DNA from: Burkholderiales bacterium
GTDB taxonomy: Bacteria; Patescibacteriota; Minisyncoccia; Phycocordibacterales; UBA9973
Reading direction: 5' to 3'
DNA length: 64,000 nucleotides
NCBI GenBank assembly: GCA_023701005.1
Contig: JAMPXW010000001.1
Span: 143,843 to 207,842 of the forward strand
Both the position numbers and the translations under genes were made by a program. Positions 1 through 10,100 of this stretch are shown here, piece after piece. The notes beneath the pieces are model-generated. The model had not been told where the DNA came from. It searched no databases and saw nothing but the letters and a program-made list of their open reading frames with translations. Positions within the stretch are counted from its first letter, which is position 1, and every line of letters starts with the position of its first letter.

Positions 1-2
1 TG

Positions 3-404
3 TATACTCTCATGGGCGTTGGTTTGGGTTATTTAGAGCTTGGCCAATCTGCTACGACCCTTTCAGGTGGAGAAGCACAACGTGTCAAAATATCTAGCGA
101 ACTTTATCGTCCACATTTAGAAAAAACTATTTATCTTTTAGATGAACCAACGGTTGGTTTACATTATGACGACGTGATAAAGCTTTTAGAAGTTTTAAAT
201 AAACTTGTTTCAAAAGGGAATACTGTAGTTTTAATTGAGCACAACTTAGATGTTATAAAAAATTCAGATTATATTATAGATGTTGGCCCTGAGGGCGGAA
301 TAAAAGGGGGAAACTTGGTGGCGAAAGGTACACCAGAAGAAGTAGCCAACAATCTTAAAAGTTATACAGGTAAATATCTTAAGAAGGCTTTGCGAAATAG
401 ATAA
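3..404 (+). CDS. uvrA: Excinuclease ABC subunit A, C-terminal part (5' end outside window)
   Basis: [13 protein letters not shown] signature, LDEPTVGLH Walker [10 protein letters not shown] and DVGPEGG UvrA C-terminal motifs. Confidence 0.96.
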   Translation, partial: YTLMGVGLGYLELGQSATTLSGGEAQRVKISSELYRPHLEKTIYLLDEPTVGLHYDDVIKLLEVLNKLVSKGNTVVLIEHNLDVIKNSDYIIDVGPEGGIKGGNLVAKGTPEEVANNLKSYTGKYLKKALRNR

Positions 405-409
405 AATAT

Positions 410-1789
410 ATGAATTTAAAAGATTTAAAAAAAATAAAGATTCCAGATAAACCAGGAGTATATTTTTTCTTGAAAAACAAGCCTGCCTCGACTCGGCAAG
501 ACGGGGGAATATTATATATTGGTAAGGCAACCTCTTTGAAAGATAGAGTTAGAAGTTATTTTGGGAAAGACCCCGAAGAAAAGCAAGCTTTCTACGGGGC
601 AGGTTTAATAGAGAGTAGAGGGCCTTTAATAGTTAAAATGATTAAAGATGCTGATGAAGTTAAATGGCAAGAGACGGATAGTGTTTTGGAAGCTCTTATT
701 TTAGAAGCTTCTCTTATAAAAAAATATCAACCCAAATATAATACAAAAGAAAAATCTGACAGAAGCTTTAATTATGTTTGTATTACAAAAGAAAAAAAGA
801 TTGCAATAATTCGCGGAAGGAATATTAAAAAAATGGTTTTTGATAAAATATATGGGCCATTTCCTAATAATAGCCAGCTGCGAGAAGCTTTGAGAATTAT
901 AAGAAAAATATTCCCTTATTTTGAAGACAGAAAGAATACAAAAGGTAAAGATGAATTTTATAAACAAATAAAATTAGTGCCAGAAAATTTAATAGAAAAT
1001 AAAAATAATATTAAAAATATTAAATTACTTTTTGAAGGTAAAAAGAAAAAGATTTTTTTAAATTTAAAAAAAGAGATGAATTCTTTTGCAAAGAAGAGAG
1101 CCTTTGAAAAGGCTGGAGAAGTTAAAAGGCAAATTTTTGCACTTCAGCATATAAATGATGTGGCTTTAATAAAAAATAACATTAATGACTTCACAGGTAA
1201 AAAAATTTTTGACTCTGGATTTCTTATTGGAAACCCTGCAAGAGTTTCTTCTAATTTTTCGTCCCTGCGCCCTTCCCCTGAGTACAGAGGTGGGACCCTC
1301 GGGAAGCTCAAAATTAAAAGAAACTCTTGTAGGATAGAGGCTTATGATATTGCGCATATGGGTGGGAAAAACATAGTTGGTGTTATGGTGGTTTTAGTCG
1401 ATGGTGAAATAGAAAAAAGTGAATATAAAAAATTTAAAATAAAAAGCCAAAATAATACGCTTGCCCGCCGTGGTGGGAATGATATTGGAGCCTTGGAAGA
1501 AGTCTTAGAAAGACGTTTTAAACATAGAGAATGGCAATACCCCGATGTTGTTATAATGGATGGGGGAATAGCACAGATTAATTTAGCAAAAAGAATTCTA
1601 TCTAAAATAGATGAAAATATAAAGATAGTTTCTGTATTAAAAGACGAAAAACATAAAGCTAAAGCGATATTGGGGGACAAAACTATTGGTTTAAAATATA
1701 AGAAAGAAATTTTATTAGCCAATAGTGAAGCACATAGGTTTGCTATAAATTATCACAAAAAGTTACGTAATAAAAATTTTATAAAATAA
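410..1789 (+). CDS. uvrC: Excinuclease ABC subunit C (short form without HhH tail) carrying four palindromic in-frame insertions
   Basis: GIY-YIG motifs PGVYFF...LYIGKATSLKDRVRSYF, UVR coil FEKAGEVKRQI, RNase H-like RIEAYDIAH and MDGG; follows uvrA. Confidence 0.93.
   Translation: MNLKDLKKIKIPDKPGVYFFLKNKPASTRQDGGILYIGKATSLKDRVRSYFGKDPEEKQAFYGAGLIESRGPLIVKMIKDADEVKWQETDSVLEALILEASLIKKYQPKYNTKEKSDRSFNYVCITKEKKIAIIRGRNIKKMVFDKIYGPFPNNSQLREALRIIRKIFPYFEDRKNTKGKDEFYKQIKLVPENLIENKNNIKNIKLLFEGKKKKIFLNLKKEMNSFAKKRAFEKAGEVKRQIFALQHINDVALIKNNINDFTGKKIFDSGFLIGNPARVSSNFSSLRPSPEYRGGTLGKLKIKRNSCRIEAYDIAHMGGKNIVGVMVVLVDGEIEKSEYKKFKIKSQNNTLARRGGNDIGALEEVLERRFKHREWQYPDVVIMDGGIAQINLAKRILSKIDENIKIVSVLKDEKHKAKAILGDKTIGLKYKKEILLANSEAHRFAINYHKKLRNKNFIK
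481..507. repeat. Short GC-rich palindromic insertion in uvrC (encodes PASTRQDG)
   Basis: gcctgcc-tcgactc-ggcaag, GC-rich hairpin in an AT-rich gene, lying between the GIY and YIG motifs. Confidence 0.55.
570..605. repeat. Palindromic element family B, in-frame copy in uvrC (DPEEKQAFYGAG)
   Basis: accccgaagaaaagcaagctttctacggggcaggtt; 32/36 identical to the intergenic copy at 28898-28933. Confidence 0.85.
1235..1333. repeat. Palindromic element family A, 99-bp in-frame copy in uvrC
   Basis: 24-nt inverted arms 1235-1258/1310-1333 around core tgcgcccttc...agta...tgggaccctc, shared with the two rluA copies. Confidence 0.85.
1464..1477. repeat. Mini palindrome cccgcc-gt-ggtggg in uvrC (ARRGG)
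   Basis: Resembles cccgcc-aga-ggcgga at 49503-49517. Confidence 0.45.
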
Positions 1790-1799
1790 ATTAAATTAT

Positions 1800-2276
1800 A
1801 TGAAGAAACAAGAAAATATTTTAATAATAAATGATATAAGAAGTGTGACTAATGTGGGAGCGATGTTTCGTACGGCTGATGCTTGTGGTATTGAAAAGAT
1901 TTATTTAACAGGTTTTTCACCCACACCATTTGATAGATTCGGAAAGATTCGTAAAGATATGGCAAAGTCTGCATTAGGGGCAGAAAATTTTATAGCTTGG
2001 GAATATAAGAAAAATATTTTGCCACTTCTTAAAAAATTTAAAGAAGAAAAATATTTGATAATAGGGATAGAGCAAGATAAAAGATCTATAGATTATAAAA
2101 AAGTAAAAATAACAGAGAAGAATGTTTTTATTGTTGGGGCAGAAGTGACAGGTATACCAAAAAACATACTTCAAAAATGTGATGTAATAGCTGAAATACC
2201 AATGAGAGGAAAGAAAGAATCATTAAATGTTTCTGTTGCTTGTGGAATTGCTTTATTTAGAATTTTGAATATTTAA
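1800..2276 (+). CDS. TrmH/SpoU-family RNA 2'-O-methyltransferase
   Basis: NVGAMFRTADACG, VGAEVTG and IPMRGKKESLNVSVA SPOUT motifs. Confidence 0.9.
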   Translation: MKKQENILIINDIRSVTNVGAMFRTADACGIEKIYLTGFSPTPFDRFGKIRKDMAKSALGAENFIAWEYKKNILPLLKKFKEEKYLIIGIEQDKRSIDYKKVKITEKNVFIVGAEVTGIPKNILQKCDVIAEIPMRGKKESLNVSVACGIALFRILNI

Positions 2277-2277
2277 A

Positions 2278-3129
2278 TTACTTCATTAAAAGTAGCCCGA
2301 CTAGAGCTATAAGACTACCAAGAATTTTTATTGACAAGTCCTCACGTTCTTTTAAAAAGATAGCTCCTGCTATAAAAATGATGACTACTTTAAAAGTTGT
2401 TATGGCTGAAACTAAACTTAAATTTCCGACGACAAAAATTAAAATTACCCATGACAATGATTGAAGAAAGCGAAGTACTCCTGTAATGGTAATATCTTTT
2501 TTTGAATAAACGCTTTTATTGTGTGTAATTAAAGTAATTAAACCTAAAAAAATACATTGAGCCCACCAGCTAAACATTATTCCTGCTGTAAAACCTGTTA
2601 TTTTCATTAAAGCTCGTTCTGCAACAAGACAAACTCCAAGCATCACACCAGAAAGAATCATAAATATAAAATATCTATCAAATTTGAATTTTCCAATTTT
2701 GTGTTTCTTGGATACAATCAACATGCCGATAAGTAATAATACTGTTCCTAATATCTGAATCAAAGTGAGTTTTTCATTTAGAAATATTGTAGCAAGTACT
2801 ATAGTTATTGGTGTATAAATATTACTAATTAATGAACTTACTCCAGCTTCAACATGTTTTTGAGCGATATATGAGAAAATGAAATATCCAGCACCAAATA
2901 ATCCACAGACCAAAGAAAGTCCGATAAGATAATAAATATTACCTTGGATGTAAAAAGGTTCGAAAAGCGGTAATAATAAACTTAAAATGACAGTAATAAA
3001 TGTTACCTGAAATGCAAAATGTATTTGTCCTTCATTGTCTATATTCTTTTTTGTTGCCAACCATCTGCGCTGTAGTGGTGATGCGCTTGCCGCGACAAAA
3101 TAAAATATATAACTAAAAAATATTAGCAT
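2278..3129 (-). CDS. EamA/DMT-family transporter
   Basis: About 10 hydrophobic helices in two repeats ending FLNEKL and IFLKERE. Confidence 0.85.
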   Translation of the reverse strand: MLIFFSYIFYFVAASASPLQRRWLATKKNIDNEGQIHFAFQVTFITVILSLLLPLFEPFYIQGNIYYLIGLSLVCGLFGAGYFIFSYIAQKHVEAGVSSLISNIYTPITIVLATIFLNEKLTLIQILGTVLLLIGMLIVSKKHKIGKFKFDRYFIFMILSGVMLGVCLVAERALMKITGFTAGIMFSWWAQCIFLGLITLITHNKSVYSKKDITITGVLRFLQSLSWVILIFVVGNLSLVSAITTFKVVIIFIAGAIFLKEREDLSIKILGSLIALVGLLLMK

Positions 3130-3166
3130 ATTAGCATTTTACACCTTTTTAGAGTATTTTCATATT

Positions 3167-4012
3167 TCATTTTTGATGAATATTGCAAAAATGGGCGCTT
3201 CTGCCGTTTATAATTTTTCTTAAGATTATTCCTTTGCAGTTTTTCTTTTTACATTTTTCTCCGGTTCTTCTGTAGGCTTTGTGGTGAAGTTGAAATTCTC
3301 CTTTTTCTCCAAAAACATTTATATAGTCAGACATTGAATCTCCCCCGAAATCTATTCCTTTAGATAATATTTCTCTTAATGCTTTAAACATTGTTTTGAA
3401 CTCGGATGGTTTTATTTTTGATATTTTTCTTTCTGGGTGCATCCCAATACGCCAAAGTATTTCATCTGAATAAATATTACCGATTCCAGCTATGATGGAT
3501 TGATCCATTAATACTGTCTTTATTTTGCCTTTAGGTTTTTTCTCTAAAGCTTTTTTAAATTTATCTTCATTAAAATTTTTATCTAATGGCTCAGGGCCTA
3601 GGTGTTTTAGATGAGTAGAATCGTGTATTGTGTTAGTATTTATCAAAGTTATTTTCCCAAATTTTCGAGCATCAGAAAAGGCTAGAAAATTATTTTTTGA
3701 TAAATAGAAAAGTACATGTACAAATTTATCTTTGTTGTTGAAAAGTAAATGACCTGTCATTTTCATGTGTACTAAGATAGTTTTATTGTTGTTTAAATTT
3801 ATGAGAATATTTTTTGCTCTTCTTTCTACTGAAAGTATTTTTTTATTTAAAACTTCTTTTTTAAAATACAGAAAAAATCTTGGATTAGCGATATTTCCAA
3901 TTTGACGTTTATCTTTGGTGTTTAGGTCTGTCCAAATTTCTTTTATAGTTAACCCCAAAATAGTTTTTTGGAGTCCACGAACTGTTGTCTCGACTTCTGG
4001 TAATTCAGGCAT
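3167..4012 (-). CDS. mutM: Formamidopyrimidine-DNA glycosylase
   Basis: MPELPEVET N-terminus, HMKMTG, GIGNIYSDE H2TH motif, C-terminal zinc finger. Confidence 0.96.
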   Translation of the reverse strand: MPELPEVETTVRGLQKTILGLTIKEIWTDLNTKDKRQIGNIANPRFFLYFKKEVLNKKILSVERRAKNILINLNNNKTILVHMKMTGHLLFNNKDKFVHVLFYLSKNNFLAFSDARKFGKITLINTNTIHDSTHLKHLGPEPLDKNFNEDKFKKALEKKPKGKIKTVLMDQSIIAGIGNIYSDEILWRIGMHPERKISKIKPSEFKTMFKALREILSKGIDFGGDSMSDYINVFGEKGEFQLHHKAYRRTGEKCKKKNCKGIILRKIINGRSAHFCNIHQK

Positions 4013-4013
4013 T

Positions 4014-4592
4014 CTATTTATTAGCTAATATTTTCAAAGCCTCACGGATTTTAGTATTTGTGTTTGCTTCAGAAGAAACTTCTTTTAAAGCTTCACGAGC
4101 TTCATTTTGTGAATATCCTAGTGATTTTAATGCTTCTAAGGCATCTAATTCATCTCGAAGGGAAGTACTGCCTTTTTCTTCTGTATTTTTATTTTGCATT
4201 TTATCCCGCAGTTCTATTATAATTTTTTCTGCTGTCTTTTTCCCAATGCCAGATATTTTAGTTAAATAAGCTATATCTCCTGTACTTATAGCTCTTTTTA
4301 ATGTTTCTATAGGGGCGACACCTAGCACACCGAGGGCTCCTTTGGGTCCTATCCCAGATACGTTTATAAGCATTTCAAAAAATTCTAATTCTTCTCTATC
4401 TAAAAAACCGTAAAGATCTAAAATATCTTCTCTTACGTGTGTATGAATCCAAAATAATACAGCCTCTTTTGTATTTTTTAGTTTAGATAAAGTATCAGGG
4501 GAGATGCTTATCTTGTATCCTACTCCACCAGTCTCAACTATGATGAATTTATCATTTTTGAATGTTATTTGTCCCTTTACGCTTCCGATCAT
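4014..4592 (-). CDS. ruvA: Holliday junction branch migration protein RuvA (start moved to ATG 4592, MIGSVKG)
   Basis: GGVGY, HVRED, LYGF, VSGIGPK, GIGKKTAEKIIIEL, ALKSLGY motifs. Confidence 0.96.
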   Translation of the reverse strand: MIGSVKGQITFKNDKFIIVETGGVGYKISISPDTLSKLKNTKEAVLFWIHTHVREDILDLYGFLDREELEFFEMLINVSGIGPKGALGVLGVAPIETLKRAISTGDIAYLTKISGIGKKTAEKIIIELRDKMQNKNTEEKGSTSLRDELDALEALKSLGYSQNEAREALKEVSSEANTNTKIREALKILANK

Positions 4593-4620
4593 GAGAATAT
4601 TATAGCATTTATAATTTTTA

Positions 4621-5802
4621 TTATTGAAGAGGTGGACAAATTGTTTTCGAGGCTGTGTTCCCAGCGTATCCAGTTTCATTTATACACCAATATCCATCTG
4701 AAATGGGGGCTATTATAGAATAAGTATCTTTTGAGTCTTTACAATTTAGAGTTGTTAATTTTGTTATACTTTTTATCGCGTTAAGGTATTCATTTGATTT
4801 ACAAAACCCATAATAAGAATTTGATTTCTCATAATAAATCTCTGCGGATGCTCTTGTGCTAGAGAGAGGCTCTTTTATTGTTGCATCCTTTAGATAATCT
4901 TGGGTTTTGTTTGATTTAGCTAATAGAGTTTTAATCGCTGATGGTATGCTGTTTTTATTGATTATAAATGATTTAATTATTTTTTCTATTTGATCTATCC
5001 TATTTTTATCATTTGTTTTTGAAATGACATTAAATATAATACTTAATTTTGTATTATTATAAGTACCTAAGTCTATTACGTAAATAAAAGTGTAAATATT
5101 TGGAAGTTCTTTTTGCAGGTAGATATATTTATATGATGGATGTGTATTAATATCTTCAAAAGAATTTTTTGGAGAGTATTTTTCTATAGAATATTTGTTT
5201 AGCATGATGTCATTAACATCAGTAATGATAGAAATTATAGGATAATCGTCCCATTGACGGATGGTTAAAAGAGCTAAATCATATAAAGAGTTTGTTTGTT
5301 GTTTATCGATTTCTGCCCCTGCTGGATAACTGAAAGAATAAAGTCCATTTATATCGTTATAGACACTTAAAGATGGATCTGTCACTTTGATTTCTTGAGT
5401 ATTTGGAATTATATTATTTTGTTGCTCGGCAGGGGTGGTTGTTTGTATGTTGTTATCTTGGGTTGGTGTTTCCGACAACACTGTTGTATCCCTATTTACA
5501 AATAAATTTTTAATAATAGATGAATCTAATAAGTCGTCTTTTAAATAATAAACAGAAACGCCAGCTATTAATAAAAATAGTATTAATACAATCCAAAATA
5601 TTTTTTTACCAAAATGATTATCAATTTTTGTGATTGATGGTTGTGGTTGAAAAGTTTGTTGCTGAGTTTTAGTAACATCAAATCCTTCTTCTATGTCTTG
5701 GTGGGTCCATCCATTAGCTAATAAATCGCTAGTTATTTTTTCTTTAATTATGCCTACTTGTAATTGTTGTTTAATAAAATTTACTAATTGCTGATTAATC
5801 AT
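4621..5802 (-). CDS. Membrane-anchored hypothetical protein: short N-terminal helical domain, one TM, extracellular region, pilin-like Cys-containing C-terminus
   Basis: 393-aa ORF; TM IFWIVLILFLLIAGVSVYYL; C-terminal AEIYY..NSYYGFC...YWCINETG. Confidence 0.7.
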   Translation of the reverse strand: MINQQLVNFIKQQLQVGIIKEKITSDLLANGWTHQDIEEGFDVTKTQQQTFQPQPSITKIDNHFGKKIFWIVLILFLLIAGVSVYYLKDDLLDSSIIKNLFVNRDTTVLSETPTQDNNIQTTTPAEQQNNIIPNTQEIKVTDPSLSVYNDINGLYSFSYPAGAEIDKQQTNSLYDLALLTIRQWDDYPIISIITDVNDIMLNKYSIEKYSPKNSFEDINTHPSYKYIYLQKELPNIYTFIYVIDLGTYNNTKLSIIFNVISKTNDKNRIDQIEKIIKSFIINKNSIPSAIKTLLAKSNKTQDYLKDATIKEPLSSTRASAEIYYEKSNSYYGFCKSNEYLNAIKSITKLTTLNCKDSKDTYSIIAPISDGYWCINETGYAGNTASKTICPPLQ

Positions 5803-5900
5803 AATTAATAGTATATTACTTTAATTTTTGTAATACTAGTAAAAGAAAACTATTTAAGAAAAATATTGCATTTTTGTGACTTTTCTGTTATATTACATCA

Positions 5901-6152
5901 ATGCCAATAATTAAATCAGCTAAAAAAGCTATACGTAGTTCTCTTCGCAAGAAGGCTTTTAATGATCGTCAAAAGCATGCGATGAAGGATATAATAAAGA
6001 AGATTCAAAAGACTGCTAAAACAGACAAGAAAGCAGCAGAGAAACTTTTAAGTACTGCATATGCTGTGATTGATAAGACAGCAAAGAAGGGTGTTATAAA
6101 GAAAAATAATGCTTCTCGAAAGAAATCTCGTTTAACAAGATTAGTAAAATAA
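5901..6152 (+). CDS. rpsT: 30S ribosomal protein S20
   Basis: MPIIKSAKKA...IDKTAKKGVIKKNNASRKKSRL. Confidence 0.95.
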   Translation: MPIIKSAKKAIRSSLRKKAFNDRQKHAMKDIIKKIQKTAKTDKKAAEKLLSTAYAVIDKTAKKGVIKKNNASRKKSRLTRLVK

Positions 6153-6184
6153 AACAAAAAAGCCCCGCAAGGGGCTTTTTTGTT
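6153..6184. terminator. Bidirectional intrinsic terminator between rpsT and csp
   Basis: aacaaaaaagcccc-gcaa-ggggcttttttgtt. Confidence 0.9.
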
Positions 6185-6197
6185 GTGAAGTTAAATA

Positions 6198-6395
6198 CTA
6201 TGCACGTTGTACGTTTGTAGCATTTAATCCCTTTGGGGATTCTTCTGTTTCGAAAGAAACAGCATCGCCTTCATGTAGCTCGTCGAAGCTTACTCCTACG
6301 AGGGAATTACTATGAAAGAATAAATCTTTCTGTAAACCTTCTCCTACGATGAATCCGAAACCTTTATCAGTTAGTCTTTTTATTGTACCAGTCAT
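6198..6395 (-). CDS. Cold-shock protein (CSD)
   Basis: KGFGFI (RNP1) and LFFH (RNP2); upstream TTGACA-17-CATACT promoter at about 6472-6500. Confidence 0.95.
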   Translation of the reverse strand: MTGTIKRLTDKGFGFIVGEGLQKDLFFHSNSLVGVSFDELHEGDAVSFETEESPKGLNATNVQRA

Positions 6396-6513
6396 TGATT
6401 TTTTTGTTAGATTGTTAAATACAAATAGATAAACTCGAGATCGACTCTTTTCGCACCTACTTTGTTTATTAAGTATGGTATATTAAAGTCTTTTTGTCAA
6501 TCCAAGCAACAAT

Positions 6514-7185
6514 TTAGGATTTTGGATTATTTATTAGATATAAAAAGGTAGATAGTTCTTCGCCTTTTATTTCTTTTAATCCGTTAAGTTTTAGATTACC
6601 TAATTTAATATTCATTATTCTTTCTCGTTTTAGATCTCCTACTTCTTGAAAAAGATTTGAACACATTCTTCTTATTTGGTGTTTTTTCCCTTCAGTTAAT
6701 ATTATTCTGAAAGTATTTTCATTTAATATTGTGACTTTACATTTTTTTGTTAAGTAGCCTTCAATGTTTACACCAGCTTCCATTTTTTGTTTGAAATTTG
6801 AACGTAATTTTTCTTTTGTTCTAACGACGTATTCTTTTTCATGAATATATTTAGGATTCAATAATTTATCCGTAATGCGTCCATCATCAGTCAATATCAT
6901 AAGGCCATGAGAATTTTTGTCTAATCTTCCGAGAGGGAATAGCCCTTCTTTTGGGGAATTGGTTTCTATTCCTATTGGTTTATTGTAAGCAAAGTAAGAA
7001 TACTTTTTTTCCTTTACTCCTTTTACCTCTACCTTATCTCCTTCATTTACTTTGCTTCCAAGGATGGCTAGTTTGCCATTTATAAATACCTTTTTTTCTT
7101 CAATTAAAACATCAGCTCCTTTCCTAGTAGATATGTTTTTAAGAGCTAAATATTTGTTTATCCTCATTGGATATTCGGTATCCAT
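6514..7185 (-). CDS. rRNA pseudouridine synthase, RsuA/RluB/RluF family (start at ATG 7185)
   Basis: S4 domain RINKYLA, GRLDKNSHGL catalytic Asp motif, EGKKHQIRRM. Confidence 0.92.
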   Translation of the reverse strand: MDTEYPMRINKYLALKNISTRKGADVLIEEKKVFINGKLAILGSKVNEGDKVEVKGVKEKKYSYFAYNKPIGIETNSPKEGLFPLGRLDKNSHGLMILTDDGRITDKLLNPKYIHEKEYVVRTKEKLRSNFKQKMEAGVNIEGYLTKKCKVTILNENTFRIILTEGKKHQIRRMCSNLFQEVGDLKRERIMNIKLGNLKLNGLKEIKGEELSTFLYLINNPKS

Positions 7186-7186
7186 T

Positions 7187-10100
7187 TTAATGATGTTCTT
7201 TTTTTGAATTATCAGCGACAAATACTACTTCGCGATTATAGTTAGAATATGCTTTTCTTGCTGCGAGTACAAGCAATACTACAAGAAGTATTAATAAGAG
7301 CCATCCTATTAGGTTGTTAGGCAAGAAGCCATTTCCAAATAAGAATGCAAGTGCTCCTAATTGTATCGGCTCAGTTGTGTTTATCGGTTGTTCTACGACT
7401 ACTGGCTGACTCCAAACTTGTGCAGATACATTTGCACTTACTGACTGGGTGTAGCCTGAAGGATCAGTATAAGACAAAATAGCAGGGAAGTTTAGATTTG
7501 TTCCTGCAGGAATGTTTTCTCTTACACGTACTCGTACTGTCACTGTGCCTTCTTTGTTTGCACCAAGTGTTCCCAGGTTGAAGATTAGAGTACTCCCAGA
7601 CCTAGTTGGATTGTTTGGATTTGAGAATATATAATCTACTTCATAAGGAAGATCCATTCGTAGGTTTAATTTTGTGATTGAACCTGTTCCAATGTTTTGG
7701 TAATTTACAGTATAGTTTATTTCGTCTCCTGGTTTTGGTCTTGTGTTGTCTATAGTAGGCACTATTGGTTGATTGCGATCGACAGAAGAAGTGATAAGGA
7801 CAAGGGAAGTAGGTGCTGGTTTTGGATTATTTATTGTTTGTCCACGAACTCCTATAGTGACTGTATCGCTTGCATAACCATAACTATTACTACAAGTTAT
7901 TTTATATGTTTTCCCTGATGTTAATGAACCAGTATAGAAACTAGCTGGTCCAATACTTTTTGTTCCTGACCAACCCGTTGATCCGCCACTAGCTACACAA
8001 GATGTGGCATTTTGAGATGTCCAACGTAGATAAGTAGCACCATTATAAGAGAGACTTTCTTCGTCAGCATTAAGACTAACGTAAGGATCATTTCCACTTG
8101 GTTGATTCTGATTTCCTACATAAACTGTAACTGATTTTGTGTCAGCATTACCGTTGTTATTTGAACAAGTAATATTGTATGTAGTTGTATTTGTGAGAGC
8201 CCCGGTATGAAAACTATTTGAATAAGTACTTTTTGTTCCTGCCCAACCATTAGAGCCAGAATTTGCATAACAAGATGTGGCATTTGTTGGATACCAACGG
8301 ATGTTTGTACTTCCGCCGTATGCGACACTGGTAGAATCAGCAGTTAATGTGACATTTGGTTGATAGATATTGTTATAGTTTTGATTGTTTATATTTATCA
8401 CCACGGATTCAGTTGTAGAACCAGCACTATTACCACAAGTCATCGTGTATACAGTAGTGTAATAGAGTGCTCCAGTAGAGAAGCTACCATTGTATGTGCT
8501 TCTTGACCCTGCCCAATTATTTCCACCATTGCTTGCTGTACAATATGTAGGATTGTTTGTTGGATTCCATGTTAAGTAAGCTCCACTTCCTGAAGTAATG
8601 TAAGTAGAATTAGCGGAAAGATTTATTATAGGAGCTTGTGTGTAATTATTACAATTATTGTAATAAGAACAATCATGATTATTGTTGGTTACATAAACTG
8701 TTACCGAGCTCACAGCTGGGGAAGTATTGTTTGCACCAGAACAGGTGATCGTGTAAGTTGTCGGAGTAGTTAACATCCCAGTATTCCAAGTTCCTGAAAG
8801 ATTTACACTTCCATACCAATAGTTAGAATTATTACTTGTTGCTACACAAGATGTCGCGTTGTTTGAGTTCCAACGTAAGGTTGTGCTGTTTCCATAATTT
8901 ACATTCGTATTATCAGCAGAGATACTAACGGTAGGATTTTGGCTATAACATTGTGGATTTGTATATGTTTGAGTTGAAGGCCCAGAACAATATGCGCCAC
9001 CGTTTGCAGGTGTAGGGTTTGTACAAGTTCTTGTTTGTGTTCCAGATGTACCACAAGCATAATCTCTAGTACTCCAATCACTCCATCCACCATTTATAGG
9101 TTGATTTATTACAGTGTTCGCACATTTTGTCCCGTCCCATTGAGTGTTTGATGCACAACTAGAAGTTATTATTTTTGTATCTAGCAATTCACCATTATTA
9201 TAAAGATAAAAATTTCTTGAACTAAAAGGTATAAATACAGACTGACTTCCGTAATTTCTATTTGCAATAGTTGAACCGTCGTACGGATAAGAAGAAGTTA
9301 CAGAAGAGATACCTTTTGGATTTGTTGTGTTCCAAGTTATTGTTGTATTACAGCCATTTCCATTTAAGGGGATTGTACAGTAAGAAGAACCAGTCAAAGT
9401 TCCTGACATTTGAGAAGGGATGGCTGTCACATAGACTATTGCAGAAGCTGAAGTTGATTTTCCTCCACCATAACAAGTTATATTGTAAGTTGTATTAGAA
9501 GTTGGATTTACTGTTTGATTTCCATTTGTTGTTCCTCCGCCATACATCCAACTTGCTGAACATGAATCAGCGTTTGAGCTATTCCAAGCAAGATTTACAG
9601 ATTGCCCAGCAGTAATCGTTGTGTTGCTTTTTCCGTCTACTGTTAGAGATACGGTAGGATTATTTACGACACAAGCAGGGTTTGTGTATGATTGTGTAGA
9701 AGGTCCAGAACAATATGCGCCACCGTTTGCAGGTGTAGGGTTTGTACAAGTTCTTGTTTGTGTTCCAGATGTACCACAAGCATAATCTCTAGTACTCCAA
9801 TCACTCCATCCACCATTTACGGGAACTAAACAAGCACTATTTGTGTATGTTTGAGTTTCTGTACTTGGCCCAGAACAATATGCACCACCATATGCAGGCG
9901 TAGGATTATTACAAGAACGAGTTCTTGTTTGAACACCAGAGTATCCACATTGAGTACTTTTTGGGCTCCAGTCGCTCCAAGCACTCCAACCGCCGTTTAC
10001 TGGTTGATTTACTACAGTACATGTGGAAGTTGTGAAATTAAGAATATTTAAATATGCTGTTCCGTAATTATTGGTAACTTCGAGTCTAAAATAATAAGTA

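Noticed and set aside
8982-9819. Diversity-generating retroelement TR/VR pair
   Set aside because: Copies are identical with no adenine-specific mismatches, and there is no reverse transcriptase in the window
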